From: Asterias rubens
Lineage: Eukaryota
Direction of reading: 5' to 3'
DNA: 64,000 nt
NCBI RefSeq assembly: GCF_902459465.1
Contig: NC_047062.1
Location: forward strand, 9,362,001 to 9,426,000
The notes under the pieces were generated by a model, which searched no databases, was not told the origin of the DNA, and worked only from the letters and a program-made list of their open reading frames with translations. A program made the position numbers and the translations under genes. Shown here in pieces: positions 22,401-33,510 of this stretch; positions within the stretch are counted from its first letter, which is position 1, and each line of letters begins with the position of its first letter.

Positions 22401-23695
22401 ATCGTTTCAGTAATTGGTTCAAATTAACCCCACAGTGCCACATACAGTTCCCACTGAAACTATCAATTTCATGAACCGAATTCCAAAAAAATTCGATACA
22501 GCAAAAAATGATATCCCCTGCCTCACTCGCATTTTAAATAGAACCTTACTTTTTTTGTTTTCATCGTTTTCACATTAACTCGCTTAGTTGAATTCCTGTG
22601 AGCTTTTTATGCCCCCCCCCCCCTTTTTTATGCCAAAACTGATAAATTGATAATGACTGAAACGCACAAACGCAAAATATTATAAGCACATTTTTTGAAA
22701 GATCACAGTGAACGGGCACCCATGTTCCTATATATTTAGCTTACATTTGGTATACAGCAATCCAGAACAGTAAAGTCGTGATCAGAGTGTGGATCCCAAC
22801 CGCTAGCAGACCTAAATTTAATCATGGAATAATTACATTAATAAACATGAATATTAGCGTCTTTATAGGATGTCGACATCTCTAAAATAAATAGCAAGAC
22901 GACCGTTCTACTTATAAGATTTCGACCCTACGTGATAACTTATCACATCAAGACAACATGATACAAAAACCCGACATTATCTCGGTTTGTCGGCATTTTC
23001 TTGTGCGTTTAGGATGTCGTCATCTGGATATAATTTAATGTTAGAATCTCAACATGTCGGATGGCACTTCCAGACCTCCGTATAACAACAATTTAGCAAT
23101 GAATGATTTTCTTCTTTCTTTTTGGAATGTGTGGTAAATAACGGGGAAGAATTAGAATGTTTTTTGAAGTAATTATGCTGTTTGACAGTGCTTAACATTT
23201 TGTTACATTATAATGTGTAGTCTTGAGTTGGTCCCATAAACTGAAAAGCATCGTTTTGTCGATGCCGTGATAATGTCTCAACAAAAACAATCACCGCGTG
23301 CCTAACCATGGACGTAATTAGCGAACTGCGATTTCCTTCCTCCACGATGTGAGGCAGAGGCAAAAAAATAAAAATCCTCCGAAATCCATTTGTAATATAA
23401 ATCAGCATTTTTCTGCCCTCATTAAAATGAGCATGTCGCCGAGTTTTATTCTTCATTTACGCAGCTAAAGATCAACAACATCTGAACAACAAAGAACGTC
23501 AGGCAATCTCCCTGCCAGCCCTGCCACACATCCAATGAATAAAGAAATCAAATTGTGAAGTGCACAATCGGATCATGTCTTACCCACAGCTGTCAGTAAT
23601 CCCCATATAAGGCCAACAATGAACATCGGACGATGACAGCACGTTGCTCTGACGGTCGAACGTGAGTATTTCACCTCCTCCTGCTCGGTCGCCAT
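19465..23695 (-). CDS. TMEM72-like / Flower (Cg6151-P) family multi-pass membrane protein, 170 aa
   Basis: complement(join(19465..19598,20408..20541,22072..22137,22745..22811,23584..23695)) = 513 nt, all GT-AG, phases 1,2,2,1. Protein: MATEQEEVKYSRSTVRATCCHRPMFIVGLIWGLLTAVGLLAVGIHTLITTLLFWIAVYQIVVGGIVTVLEVGLIFANCGCCRENGCCQKVGRPVRWFDNWKRGFIYVLFGIVCLVGVFRNTPGILCGVALIIAGIIYTMKTCKDRPLSKTRRSDVDRKQLAEEFIGEQRA. It has four hydrophobic segments, a conserved-looking Glu in TM2 and a Cys-rich loop. The family call is from recalled similarity. Confidence 0.82.
20922..21540 (-). mobile_element. 5'-truncated L1/Tx1-clade LINE (ORF2 C-terminal zinc knuckle, 3' UTR, poly-A)
   Basis: Minus strand reads FRYRLVHRILGVNSFLAKIG...LCIFCQLESETLVHLFCRC (zf-RVT CxxC...HLF..C motif) with in-frame stops downstream. 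AATAAA is followed about 17 nt later by an A22 tail (T-run 20922-20943). Confidence 0.85.
21700..21945 (+). mobile_element. TTAA-type MITE family C (partial); second copy at 42960-43215
   Basis: Shared AAAGGAACACGTTGC(A/C)TTGGATCGG.CGAGTTGGTCT start and shared interior. Confidence 0.7.
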
Positions 23696-24233
23696 TTTGT
23701 TTGGTCAGCTGGAGACTGAGATGGGGGGAGACACCGAGAGGACGAAGATGGCTGCAACACAGCCCTCAAAATGGCGATGATGTCGATGCGTTCGGTAGTT
23801 GATGCCGCTGTGACATTTGAACCCAGTCACAAGAGCTATTTTCAGATGTGATTTACGTCCATTATAGATGATGTTTAATTGGGTTTGTGCAATGAAACAA
23901 GCGGTCGTTTAGCACAGTGCGATTCACCACACGTTCATATCCAGGTTATTTTGCATTTTGTTATAACCTGGGGCACACGCACTGCACGCATAGCCTATTG
24001 GGGTATGGCCTACTGTATAATTACGTGCATTGTGATATCAAATCGCGTCTGGCACGAGTCATCCTTAACTTTCACCTCTTGATTATCATCTAGGCTAGAT
24101 ACATTAATACGGTTATAATTCAGAATTACCCACTCATGCCCAGTGGAAATATCGCAGTTTATGTCCATAGGATTATGCTCATCCACAGTAGCGATAAGTT
24201 CCCGCCAACTGAGTAAATCTTCAATTTAAAATG

Positions 24234-24397
24234 TATACTTTCAAACTAAATTTATGATATTTCTATATACAGAGAAAACATTTACAATGATCACACGAGT
24301 TTTTGTTTGATTTAGTATACTTTCAAACTAAATTTATGATATTTCTATATACAGAGAAAACATTTACAATGATCACACGAGTTTTTGTTTGATTTAG
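24234..24397 (+). repeat. Perfect 82-bp tandem duplication
   Basis: TATACTTTCAAACTAAATTT...GTTTGATTTAG occurs at 24234 and again at 24316. Confidence 0.9.
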
Positions 24398-24407
24398 TGA
24401 CAATGTA

Positions 24408-24688
24408 AAGGCCCTGTCACATCATGGCGTATCGCCTGAACATATGCCAATGTATGCACAAAATAGTTCGAAAATTGTCTAAGTCCAAGAACGTCCAACT
24501 TCCCAACGAATTGCATCGAAAAAGTCGACATCGGTTTTGGAATTGACGTATCCATAGCGTATCCATAGCGTGCTCTTAACGTAAACGACGTATTCCCAAC
24601 TTACCCATAAACTTATATCGGCGTACACCAACGTATTTACGATAGTTTGCATACTCAGAGGCGATTCGCCATGGTATGACAGGGCCTT
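24408..24688. mobile_element. MITE with AAGGCCCTGTCA TIRs
   Basis: AAGGCCCTGTCACATCATGGCG / CGCCATGGTATGACAGGGCCTT. Confidence 0.7.
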
Positions 24689-25442
24689 GAGACGTGTTGT
24701 CTGAGCCCAAGTTACCACAGTAATTTAGTTTCACTTGCCATGTAGGCCGTTATAACTATGTTTTTTTGTTAATATTGATTTACATGACGTTAAAAAAAAA
24801 ACAATTCTCCCGATTTCATGTTAGTCCATTATAATCAAGACAAATACAATTGTTTCGTGAGAATAACTGTGCTGTTATTACCCCCCCCCCCCGGCCCGTA
24901 AACCATTCCTCCATTTTGATAATATGTTGCGTGATGGTACACATCACTCTAGGTGCAGCCCAATTAATAAACTCTCATAGCATACATGTACAGTGCAAGT
25001 GTTCTAAATATTCAAATTAAAATAATTATCAGTCTCCATAGCTTTTTACAGTAAAGAGAAAAATCATTCATTGACCCCTTACCTCCCTTTTCTTTTTTCA
25101 ATTTGACATGGGTTGACCGAAAGGCCCGGTGAATTATTCTCCCTCAAAAACAAAATAACATCCTTTGTTAAACATCCGAGCATCAATCTTGCCACACAAA
25201 AAAATAGCCCCAAGCATCTCAGAAAAATTGTCAGGACCTATGCCATCCAAAGTACTTCAAGTTGGAAATCAACAAACCAGGACACACTGTTCCGAAAATG
25301 TACAGACTACCCATTTTATTAATGACTCTCAAATCTGTCTAGCTAGTATACATGGAATCGGGCCCTGCTGTAAAGATTACTTTGGCCGACGCTCTGCTTT
25401 CTCCCCATTAGGATATACGTCACAGCGCCACCATCTTACATA

Positions 25443-25635
25443 GGGAGGTTTAGCTGCACGTTAGGCGAGCGCAAAAAACGTGAACGTGAATGTCAGAAAA
25501 TGTGTCGTTTCTAAGTGACGTGACCACTTTGGGCTTATTTCATGCTCACGTATGACGTCTGCACGTTCGTGACGTAAGAAATGGTAACCTACGTTCACGT
25601 TTTTGCTTGCGCAATTACCTGCAGCTAAACCTCCC
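25443..25635. mobile_element. Palindromic MITE with GGGAGGTTTAGCTGCA TIRs
   Basis: GGGAGGTTTAGCTGCACG / TGCAGCTAAACCTCCC; second copy at 28280-28514. Confidence 0.75.
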
Positions 25636-26590
25636 TGATGAAACAATGAAACGCATTCAACGCGCAGCTCACGTGATTGGCCATGATTAGCTTTACGTCA
25701 CACTTCGAGGCTCGTGAATCCCATATCATGTCAACCTCCGTCCAAAAGCACATTCGACCTCGCATTTTCACATGGAGATTCGCAGTCTGAGATTCGCAGT
25801 CAAGTCTTACGTACATGTGTATTATACAAGCCATACGACATTCAACATACACATTGTGCACCCTGCTGCAAGCAGACAATCGACCGAAAGTGCAGCTGAC
25901 AAACATCACATTTGACCAATCAAAACACAGAGATGGAAAACTTACGCCCGTGTATCCAATGAAATCATTGGATCCAATTAAATCACTTGTTCTGTAAAAC
26001 TGGGCAATGATAAGCTACCTTCTTTTGACCTCTATGGCCGAGGGCGCCCTATCAAACCACGTAATGAGCATAAAGGTACAGGCCTACATCATAATTCTAG
26101 TGTTCATACTCAGTGGACAGGGAGCAAAAGGAAATATTTGAGTGTTGCTAACTTTATTCATAGTACAGTTAATAAAAATGCTGTATGACATGCAGCACGA
26201 GTCTCTCGCTTCGTTGACATTATATACGATACCACGTTGATCACACTTACGTTTACGATTTGTATCCATCTATGAAAATGTCATTTAAGTTGTCCGTCAG
26301 AGGATCTGGCTCATATTTCAATAAGAAGATGTTACTCCAACGTACAATAGGACAAACTCTTCGCATGCAGTTTCACCTAAAGCAATTAAAGATATATACA
26401 GTCTACACTGAAGTCGAACGAAACTTCCAAATGAGCCTATACAGTGTACACTGAAATCGAACGAAACTTCCCATTGAGCCGGTTATTGGTTTGGAATTAA
26501 ACAAAGACATCCTCAAGTCGGTTTGACGAAAGACCCTTTCCTCCGAAGAAAGTGGTGACACTTCAAGACAAAGCAAAAACCTTTACGTGT

Positions 26591-27388
26591 TTATATCTTG
26601 GGCAAATGCACGGCTTGATCCTCGTCTATGCTCGTGACGCTTTGGGAGTTTCCCATGGGGTTGGAATCTTGGCAGGAGACTGTGGACAAAGTTCTGTGGA
26701 GAGTTTTCTGGTTTGTTTTCAATCCAAGAGGAGGGCACCCATTCTCCATGATTGGGTCCAAACCGGTCGGAGTTTGCCTTACTGACGCAGACGGTGTTGA
26801 GCAGGTCTTATTTCCGGCATCATACGACTTCTTGCGTTGTTTGATGGACACTGCGGAGCCCTTCCGTGGAGACCTTTTACTTATGTCGGGTAGAATTGAG
26901 TCCGCATTGTATTCGTGGTCATCGACAGTAACCGATGATTTGGTTCGTGTGTGAGAAGAGGCGGTCAGACTAGAGCGGTCCATCGTATCAGTTAGCCGGG
27001 TATAAGTCATCTCATCTTCGGTGTCGTAAGTGTACGGTGGCGACTCATCGGCTTGCTGTTCTTGTCGCTTCTTCTTTCTTAGATTATGGGCTCTCAGCTT
27101 GGCGTTGAATATTTCCTCCTCGTACTTTTCGGTTGGGAGGAGGCCGAGACGATTCTGCGGTGTTTCGATTCGCCCTATGTTCCGGAGGAAGTGCCGTACC
27201 TCCCACACCTCGTGTCGGTACTTGCGCAGGAAATCTTGCAGGGCAACGTCAAGGCGCTTGTATCGCCGTTCTAGTTCAGCCTCCTGCGAGCGGTGGTTGC
27301 ACATCATGAGCATCTCTGCTTCCTTGGTGCCGAACTTACGCTGCTTGTAGCGCAGCTTCGGAGGCAACATCCAACTGTTATCAGCCAT
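26591..27388 (-). CDS. Uncharacterised intronless 265-aa protein (N-terminal helical/coiled-coil region, low-complexity Ser/Thr/basic tail)
   Basis: Uninterrupted 798-nt ORF with good start context (acaATGG). It is more GC-rich than its flanks, non-repetitive and has protein-like composition, with a basic cluster LRKKKRQ and a C-terminal LPKI. No family was recognised with certainty. Confidence 0.75.
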   Translation of the reverse strand: MADNSWMLPPKLRYKQRKFGTKEAEMLMMCNHRSQEAELERRYKRLDVALQDFLRKYRHEVWEVRHFLRNIGRIETPQNRLGLLPTEKYEEEIFNAKLRAHNLRKKKRQEQQADESPPYTYDTEDEMTYTRLTDTMDRSSLTASSHTRTKSSVTVDDHEYNADSILPDISKRSPRKGSAVSIKQRKKSYDAGNKTCSTPSASVRQTPTGLDPIMENGCPPLGLKTNQKTLHRTLSTVSCQDSNPMGNSQSVTSIDEDQAVHLPKI

Positions 27389-28279
27389 TGTTTGTTTTCA
27401 TACTCAAGTATTACTCAAAATGTTTCGTCCCCAGCCTTACAATTTCCAGACTATTTCAAACTATAATCTGAGACTGTTAGGAATTGTCCGTCAGAACCTT
27501 CCGAAAAGCTAAAGAACCCGTTACTGTTTGTGCGTTTAGTTTTCAACAGTTAATAAATGCTGGGCCTAGATTGTGCGAATCTATTCAGCATTCAACCCTA
27601 CTTATTTTAGACTTCCTTTATCAAGAAAACATGTTAGCTCCCACGCTTGCAAGTTCTGTATTAATTGATTGCTTTTTACACAGTTACACAAATATTTGTA
27701 GCTAATACAGCTACACAAAAAGAAATAGTTGTATACAAGCTCTGCTTGCATATCACTTATATGGAGTTCCCGCCACACTCATCTTTCTATTGCATACTAT
27801 TTTCAGAGCGTTTTTTTAATCGCCAATGAGTTGATCAAGTGACACGAACAGCCACTCCAAAAGAAGACCAGCCGCTTGAGTCGTCGACGCTTTGACACGA
27901 CATACGTAAATCGAGACACATTGAAGGTTTATGCGTGCAGGATATCAGCAGGCGCGAGAGAGAGGACGAAAAGGGAGATAGCCCTCATGCATCAAATACG
28001 AATATTGTGTGTCCCCCCCCCAAAAAAAAAAAAAAAAAAAATAGCGCCCCCTCTTGATTCAACCTCCTTCAGCCCGCGATGTTTTTTTTTTATTACTACA
28101 GCACGCTATCTAATTGGGCCACAAGACGCGTCAGATTGGTTTCGATATAAGGTCACATTCAATAGGTTTTCTCTCTCTTGATTTCTTTGCTCATGGCTCT
28201 TATGAGGCAGTTATGATGATTATATGAGCGTTTAGAAACTAGACAGCCGAATATAAAGAAAATAACTGGTATGGCATTG

Positions 28280-28514
28280 GGGAGGTTTGAGCTGCACGTT
28301 GTGCGAGCAAAAACGTGAACGTGAACGTGAACGTCAGAAATTTGTGTCGTTTCTAGGTGACATCACCACCTTGACTTTATTTTATGCTCACGTATGACGT
28401 CTGCATGTACGTACCTGACGTGAGAAATGGTAACTTCAAGTGTGACTTTTTACAGCAATTTGTCTGACGTTCACGCTCACTTTTTTGCTCGCGTAACGTG
28501 CAGCCAAACCTCCC
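28280..28514. mobile_element. Second copy of the GGGAGGTTT..AAACCTCCC MITE
   Basis: Same termini and the same AACGTG-rich interior as 25443-25635. Confidence 0.75.
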
Positions 28515-29789
28515 AAATAGTGTGCTAAACCTAGGTGAAGTATCCTGGAAGAAAGATGTGGTCCACATAGCTCCCGTCAGTAGCTCTACTTGTCTTGTTA
28601 AACACGTTCTCGTTGTTTTTGGAGTGTGTTGTGTGGGTGACTCAGATTTTGGGTGATCAGGAAGTTTTCAACAGCGCCCGCTAACGTACGATAGTAATAT
28701 GCACTCAGTGATAGTGAATAACAACGTCTTGCACCAAGACTAGCCGCAAACACGCACATCTTGCACTTTTAAGTCGTGTACAGCCGTTTTATAAACACAC
28801 TTCATCAAAACAGGTCGCCAAGTTTTCGAGGAATTGGTGACAAAGGAATATATCCATTCAATCAATTCCTTGGAAGCATTTTGTAATTGTATCGGATGTA
28901 GAGAAAAAAGTGGCTCTTTGATAAACAAAATTATTCATTCATTAAGTGGACTGATGGTTTTCTCATACGCGAGCAGACTGTTCGCAACGTCGAGACCAAA
29001 CCGGTTCTTTTCAGAGCCAATTCACTCCCTGAAAAGAGAATGATTACATGGTTGGCACGCAAGTTTACTATTATTTAGAGTTTATTCTTTTCTGAAGTTT
29101 TGTTTAACAAGAAGATTGTCACCACCGCGACGTTTCGAACCAGTATCTAGATCCTGATGGCAAAGTTTAGACTAAAACGTTCTTTTGCCGTAGCTGGCTA
29201 GCTGCGGGGTTGTGAACAACAAAATCCGTGGGGGAAAATCCCATCTATCCTATTGTGGTATATAAAGTTGAAGATTAAAATTAATGTATATGGCATACTC
29301 AATGTATTTCCATCTATGTAGAGGATTAGGCCATTGTGCTCCATAGCAAAATCTCATTATTTTTTTTATATTGTGCAGCATCACTTTAATAAAAGTTTCA
29401 AGGGAATTTTCGGGGGATTTTCTCAAACCCCCAGGTGCTCCCTCCATCTGGATTGACCATCTTCTATACACTAATGTAAGCAACATGTCTGTTTGTGTAA
29501 GAACAACTCCCATGTGCCGGCTGTTTTAGGTCGCGCTGCAAATTTTCTTACGGCACTTTAATAGGTCCAGTGATCATACTATGGAGGTTAAAAAAAATTC
29601 TTCGTATTTTAATCTTCCTCACCGCCCCGATCATCCAAGAACCTTTGGGGTTATATACGCCTCTCTTAATATTTATGCATGAGGTAAAACGAGGCGATGG
29701 GCGCAGCAACCGCAAGCGGTGGCGGACATGTGCCCAAAGCCTCATTTTGGGTAAGAATGATGACGTCATGCATTTTTAATACTACTAAT

Positions 29790-30538
29790 AATAATTATAA
29801 TAATCATAATAATAATAATAATAATAATAATAATATATAATAATAATAAGACTTATAATGCGCACATATCCACCCTGCTGGGTGCTCAAGGCGCAGTAAA
29901 AACCAACAACAAATAAAACAAAGTAAAACAAAGAAAAAAACAGACACAACAAAATTAGTCCTTGAAAACCTGTGACATAAGATAAGTTTTGAGAAGAGAT
30001 TTGAATTTTGTGGTGCAAAGATAAGATCTAAGATAAAGTGGTAGAGAGTTCCAGATGCGTGGTGCAGCTGAAGAAAAAGACCTGTCTCCCCATGAGTGTC
30101 GGGACTTGGGTTCACTGAGAAGAAGCATAACACTTGATCGAAGATTTCTTGATGGAGTGTAAACTTGAAGAAGTTAAAAATATAGTGGGGAGCCTTGCCA
30201 TTAAGTGCTTTGTGGACAATGAGCATCAGCTTGAAGATGATTCGTTGAGAGATAGGGAGCCAGTGTAGTTGTTTCAGAATGGGTGTGATGGAACAGGATT
30301 TCTTAGACAGTGTCACAATGCGAGCAGCAGTATTTTGGAGGCGTTGAAGACGAGAAATCTGGTTGTTAGGAAGACTGTAGAGAAGAGCATTGCCATTGAT
30401 GAGAAGTAACAAAATGCATGAATGACCTTTTCAGTGGCACTTTTGTCCAAGTACTTACGAATCTTACCAATATTCCTGATGTGGTATGATGACAGGCGAA
30501 CTATGTTGTTGATGTGTGGTTGAAGTGTCATCGTTGAC
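29790..30538 (-). mobile_element. L2/CR1-group LINE 3' fragment (RT C-terminus, 3' UTR, (TAT)n tail); frameshifted
   Basis: Minus strand reads HINNIVRLSSYHIRNIGKIRKYL...NALLYSLPNNQISRLQRLQNTAARIV...ITPILKQLHWLPISQRIIFK, the canonical L2-type LQRxQNxAAR and LHWLP motifs, split across frames. TAA/TAT microsatellite tail at 29790-29850. Confidence 0.9.
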
Positions 30539-31172
30539 ACCGGTTCTTTTCAGAGTAAATTCACTCCCTGAAAATATAATTATTACATGTTTGGACACGC
30601 AAGTTTACTATTATTTAGAGTTTATTCTTTTCTGATAGTTTTGTTTTACCAGAAGATTGTCACCACCTCGACGATTCGAACCAGTATCTAGATCCTGATG
30701 GCAAAGTTTAAACTAAAACGCACGGTTCTTTTGCTTACAGTGTATCTGGCCAGCGGGGTTGTGAACAACAAGATCATAGGGCGGAAAATCCCATCTCTCG
30801 TAGAAAGTAGAAGGTTAAAATAAATGCATTTCCGTCTATGTAGAGGAATAAGCCTATATGCTCCATAGCAGACCTCATTTTTGTTATATTGTGTAGCATC
30901 ACTTGAATAAAAGTTTCAAGGGAATTTTCGGGGGATTTTCTCAAACCCCCAGGTGCTCCCTCCATCTGGATTGACCATCTTCTATACACTAATGTAAGCA
31001 ACATGTCTGTTTGTGTAAGAACAACTCCCATGTGCCGGCTGTTTTAGGTCGCGCTGCAAATTTTCTTACGGCACTTTAATAGGTCCAGTGATCATACTAT
31101 GGAGGTTAAAAAAATTTCTTCGTATTTTAATCCTCCTCACCGCCCCGATCATCCTTAAACCTGTAAGCTGAG

Positions 31173-31574
31173 TTCGGGCGGTGTGTTCTTGGCCCGAGTG
31201 GGCTGTTCTCACGCCCGAATGATGAAAACATGACCCGAGAATGATTCACTCGGAACAAGATCACACACCACCTATCATCGGGGGTTTCGAGAACAAGTAA
31301 ATTAGATGCAAAATGACTCTCAAATAGATTGTTAAAGTTAATATTGATAAGTTGAAAGTTAATAGTCGTCCCAAAGAAAATAATGAAAGTGGCTACTGTC
31401 GGGTTTCCAACTGTTAAAAAACATCCTATTTAACTGACGAACCACGTTGTCACATGACCAGTACCGAACCTCTTTTCGTGGCGCTTTTATCACATCGTCG
31501 TTTGAGCGGATGAAACAAGAACAGCGCTCCGTCTTGTTCTCGAGCACCCAAGAACACACCGCCCGACCTCGGCC
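31173..31574. mobile_element. MITE inserted in the second copy of the tandem duplication
   Basis: TIRs AGCTGAGTTCGGGCGGTGTGTTCTTGG / CCAAGAACACACCGCCCGACCTCGGCCT; absent from the first copy (near 29640). Confidence 0.75.
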
Positions 31575-31769
31575 TTGGGGTTATACGCCTCTCTTAATAT
31601 TTATGCATGAGGTATGCGTCACAACGCTTACCCAAAAAGAGGCGATGGGCGCAGCAACCGCAAGCGGTGGCGGACGTGTGGCCAAAGCCTCATTTTGGGT
31701 AAGAATTATGACGTCATGCATATTTACTCATTGATCTCTGCTACTATATTGTAGAGATCAATGTATTTA

Positions 31770-32130
31770 CTACTACTACTACTAATAATAATAACCAATG
31801 TAATGCGCACATATCCACCTTGCTGGGTGCTCAAGGCGCGGTAAAAACCAACAACAAACAAAACAAAACAAAACAAAGGAAAGAAAAGAAAAGAACAACA
31901 AAATTAGTCTTGTGAGGTCTTGGGATGTGATGAAAGTAGTAACCAGCAGAGGTACACTGACGACTTAATAAGTTGTCATCTGGTCTCAGCCATGTTTCTG
32001 AAACGGCAACAAGGTCAAGATCTTTTTGCAAAACAAAATCAGCAAAATCGTCATACTTGTTACAGATGGACTGTGTGTTGGGAACACAACGGCTGACTGC
32101 ACAGGCAGCCACCAAAGAGTCAGATAGCTT
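31770..32130 (-). mobile_element. Internally deleted L2/CR1-group LINE: APE endonuclease N-terminus fused to the 3' UTR tail
   Basis: Minus strand reads QSICNKYDDFADFVLQKDLDLVAVSETWLRP (APE ETW motif) and then runs directly into the same 3' UTR and tail seen at 29850-29960. Confidence 0.8.
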
Positions 32131-32845
32131 TGTACACCAGAATTTTCAACAAAAATTCCAACACAAAATCACTATTTTCACAATTCAGATGACTCCAGGA
32201 TAAAGGGCCTCCAGGGCCTCTATCACACGGCCACGACCCTGCCGGTTTTAAACGGCCGTGTAAGAACTCGTCGCCTACTCTTTTATTCACTTACTATTAT
32301 CATGAACTAGAACAGACTAGGGAACGGCAAGAAAATTAATGAGCCGGGGATATCATACGGGAAAGGGAAAACAGGACTTATAAACGATACGGGATAGGAA
32401 AGTAACACACTGAACGTGAACAAAAAAGCGGGTTATAAACGGGACTGGGAAAGAACCACTAGCGGGACTCGCGCGAAACTGTAATTATTTTATTATCGAT
32501 GGGATCGACAAAAATAATGAGAAACGGAAAAAGACGGGCAAGTGTACGATTTCACAAAGCACTTAGCACTTATAGTCTCAACTTAGGCTGGGTAGTTTGC
32601 CACGGTGGTTAATGTATTGTGCTCCTCCCTCCACTTATCCCCCCCCCCCCCTCAGAATTTGTTTGGGGCGGACTGACAAATTCATACCCCCCCCCCCCCC
32701 TCCAATCAACAATTTTATATCAAATACACATGTCCCTTGAAGACCACAAATTAATTTGAAATGGAAAACACCGGAATTCCGGTTAGACTAGTCCTTTTTC
32801 TATGATTCAAACCCACTCCCACCCCACCCCCCCCCCCCCAAAAGA

Positions 32846-32876
<31 letters not shown>

Positions 32877-33510
32877 CCTGGTTTCGGGCGTGACCTCGTG
32901 AAAGGCCGCCTCGGGATTTCGCAAGGAAGGGGACACTTGTCTCCCCTCAAATTGGCTTATTGTTTCGTTCGCCAATTTGGCCTCTAAATGGCTTGCACCA
33001 CTAGAAAGCAAAATTTTCCCGGGCCCTTGAGCGGGCCCAGACCCAAGCCGTAAATGTTTTACACTCGCATTCTCACTCTTTGGCAGATTTGTACCAAAAC
33101 ATTTGTGTAATAGATCAACATCCGAAGATCTGTTAACCCCTAGCATCATTATGTCCTGTTATTGGCCGAAGATTGCACCACATAGCATCTAAAATGCAAC
33201 ATTTTCCCGGGCCCTTGAGCGGGCCCAGACCCAACGCCGTATAGGGCTTCGTATTCGCACTTGCACGCGTCGTCTTTAATAGATTTGCCCCACCCCGTAC
33301 AATTCTTGTCAGGGTTCATCCTTGACGATGATGGTGATGATTTGGATGAAACGCCGTCTGAGCATTGAATATGCAGAAATATTATGGACGAAGCTATAAT
33401 TATTGAGTTGTTTTTTTAGATACAATTATCAATAGCAAATAATTGTGAATCGTTACTTGAAAAAAAGGCCTTAAATTCCAACGTCTCAGAGGGGGCACAT
33501 CATAGCGGGG

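Noticed and set aside
25636-25665. CTGATGA...GAAAC hammerhead-like spacing
   Set aside because: The intervening six bases cannot form stem II and there is no stem I/III pairing.
26628-27350. Plus-strand ORFs 26628-26954, 27030-27350 and 27086-27274
   Set aside because: They are antisense shadows of the longer minus-strand ORF.
29804-30540. 202-aa and 75-aa ORFs as an active reverse transcriptase gene
   Set aside because: Only the C-terminal part of ORF2 is present, it is broken by frameshifts, and there is no catalytic YADD region.
29250-31031. Duplicated ORF MGVVLTQTDMLLTLVYRRWSIQMEG (29250-29513 and 30774-31031)
   Set aside because: It lies in the duplicated repeat unit; the C-terminal halves differ by frameshifting indels and no domain is recognisable.
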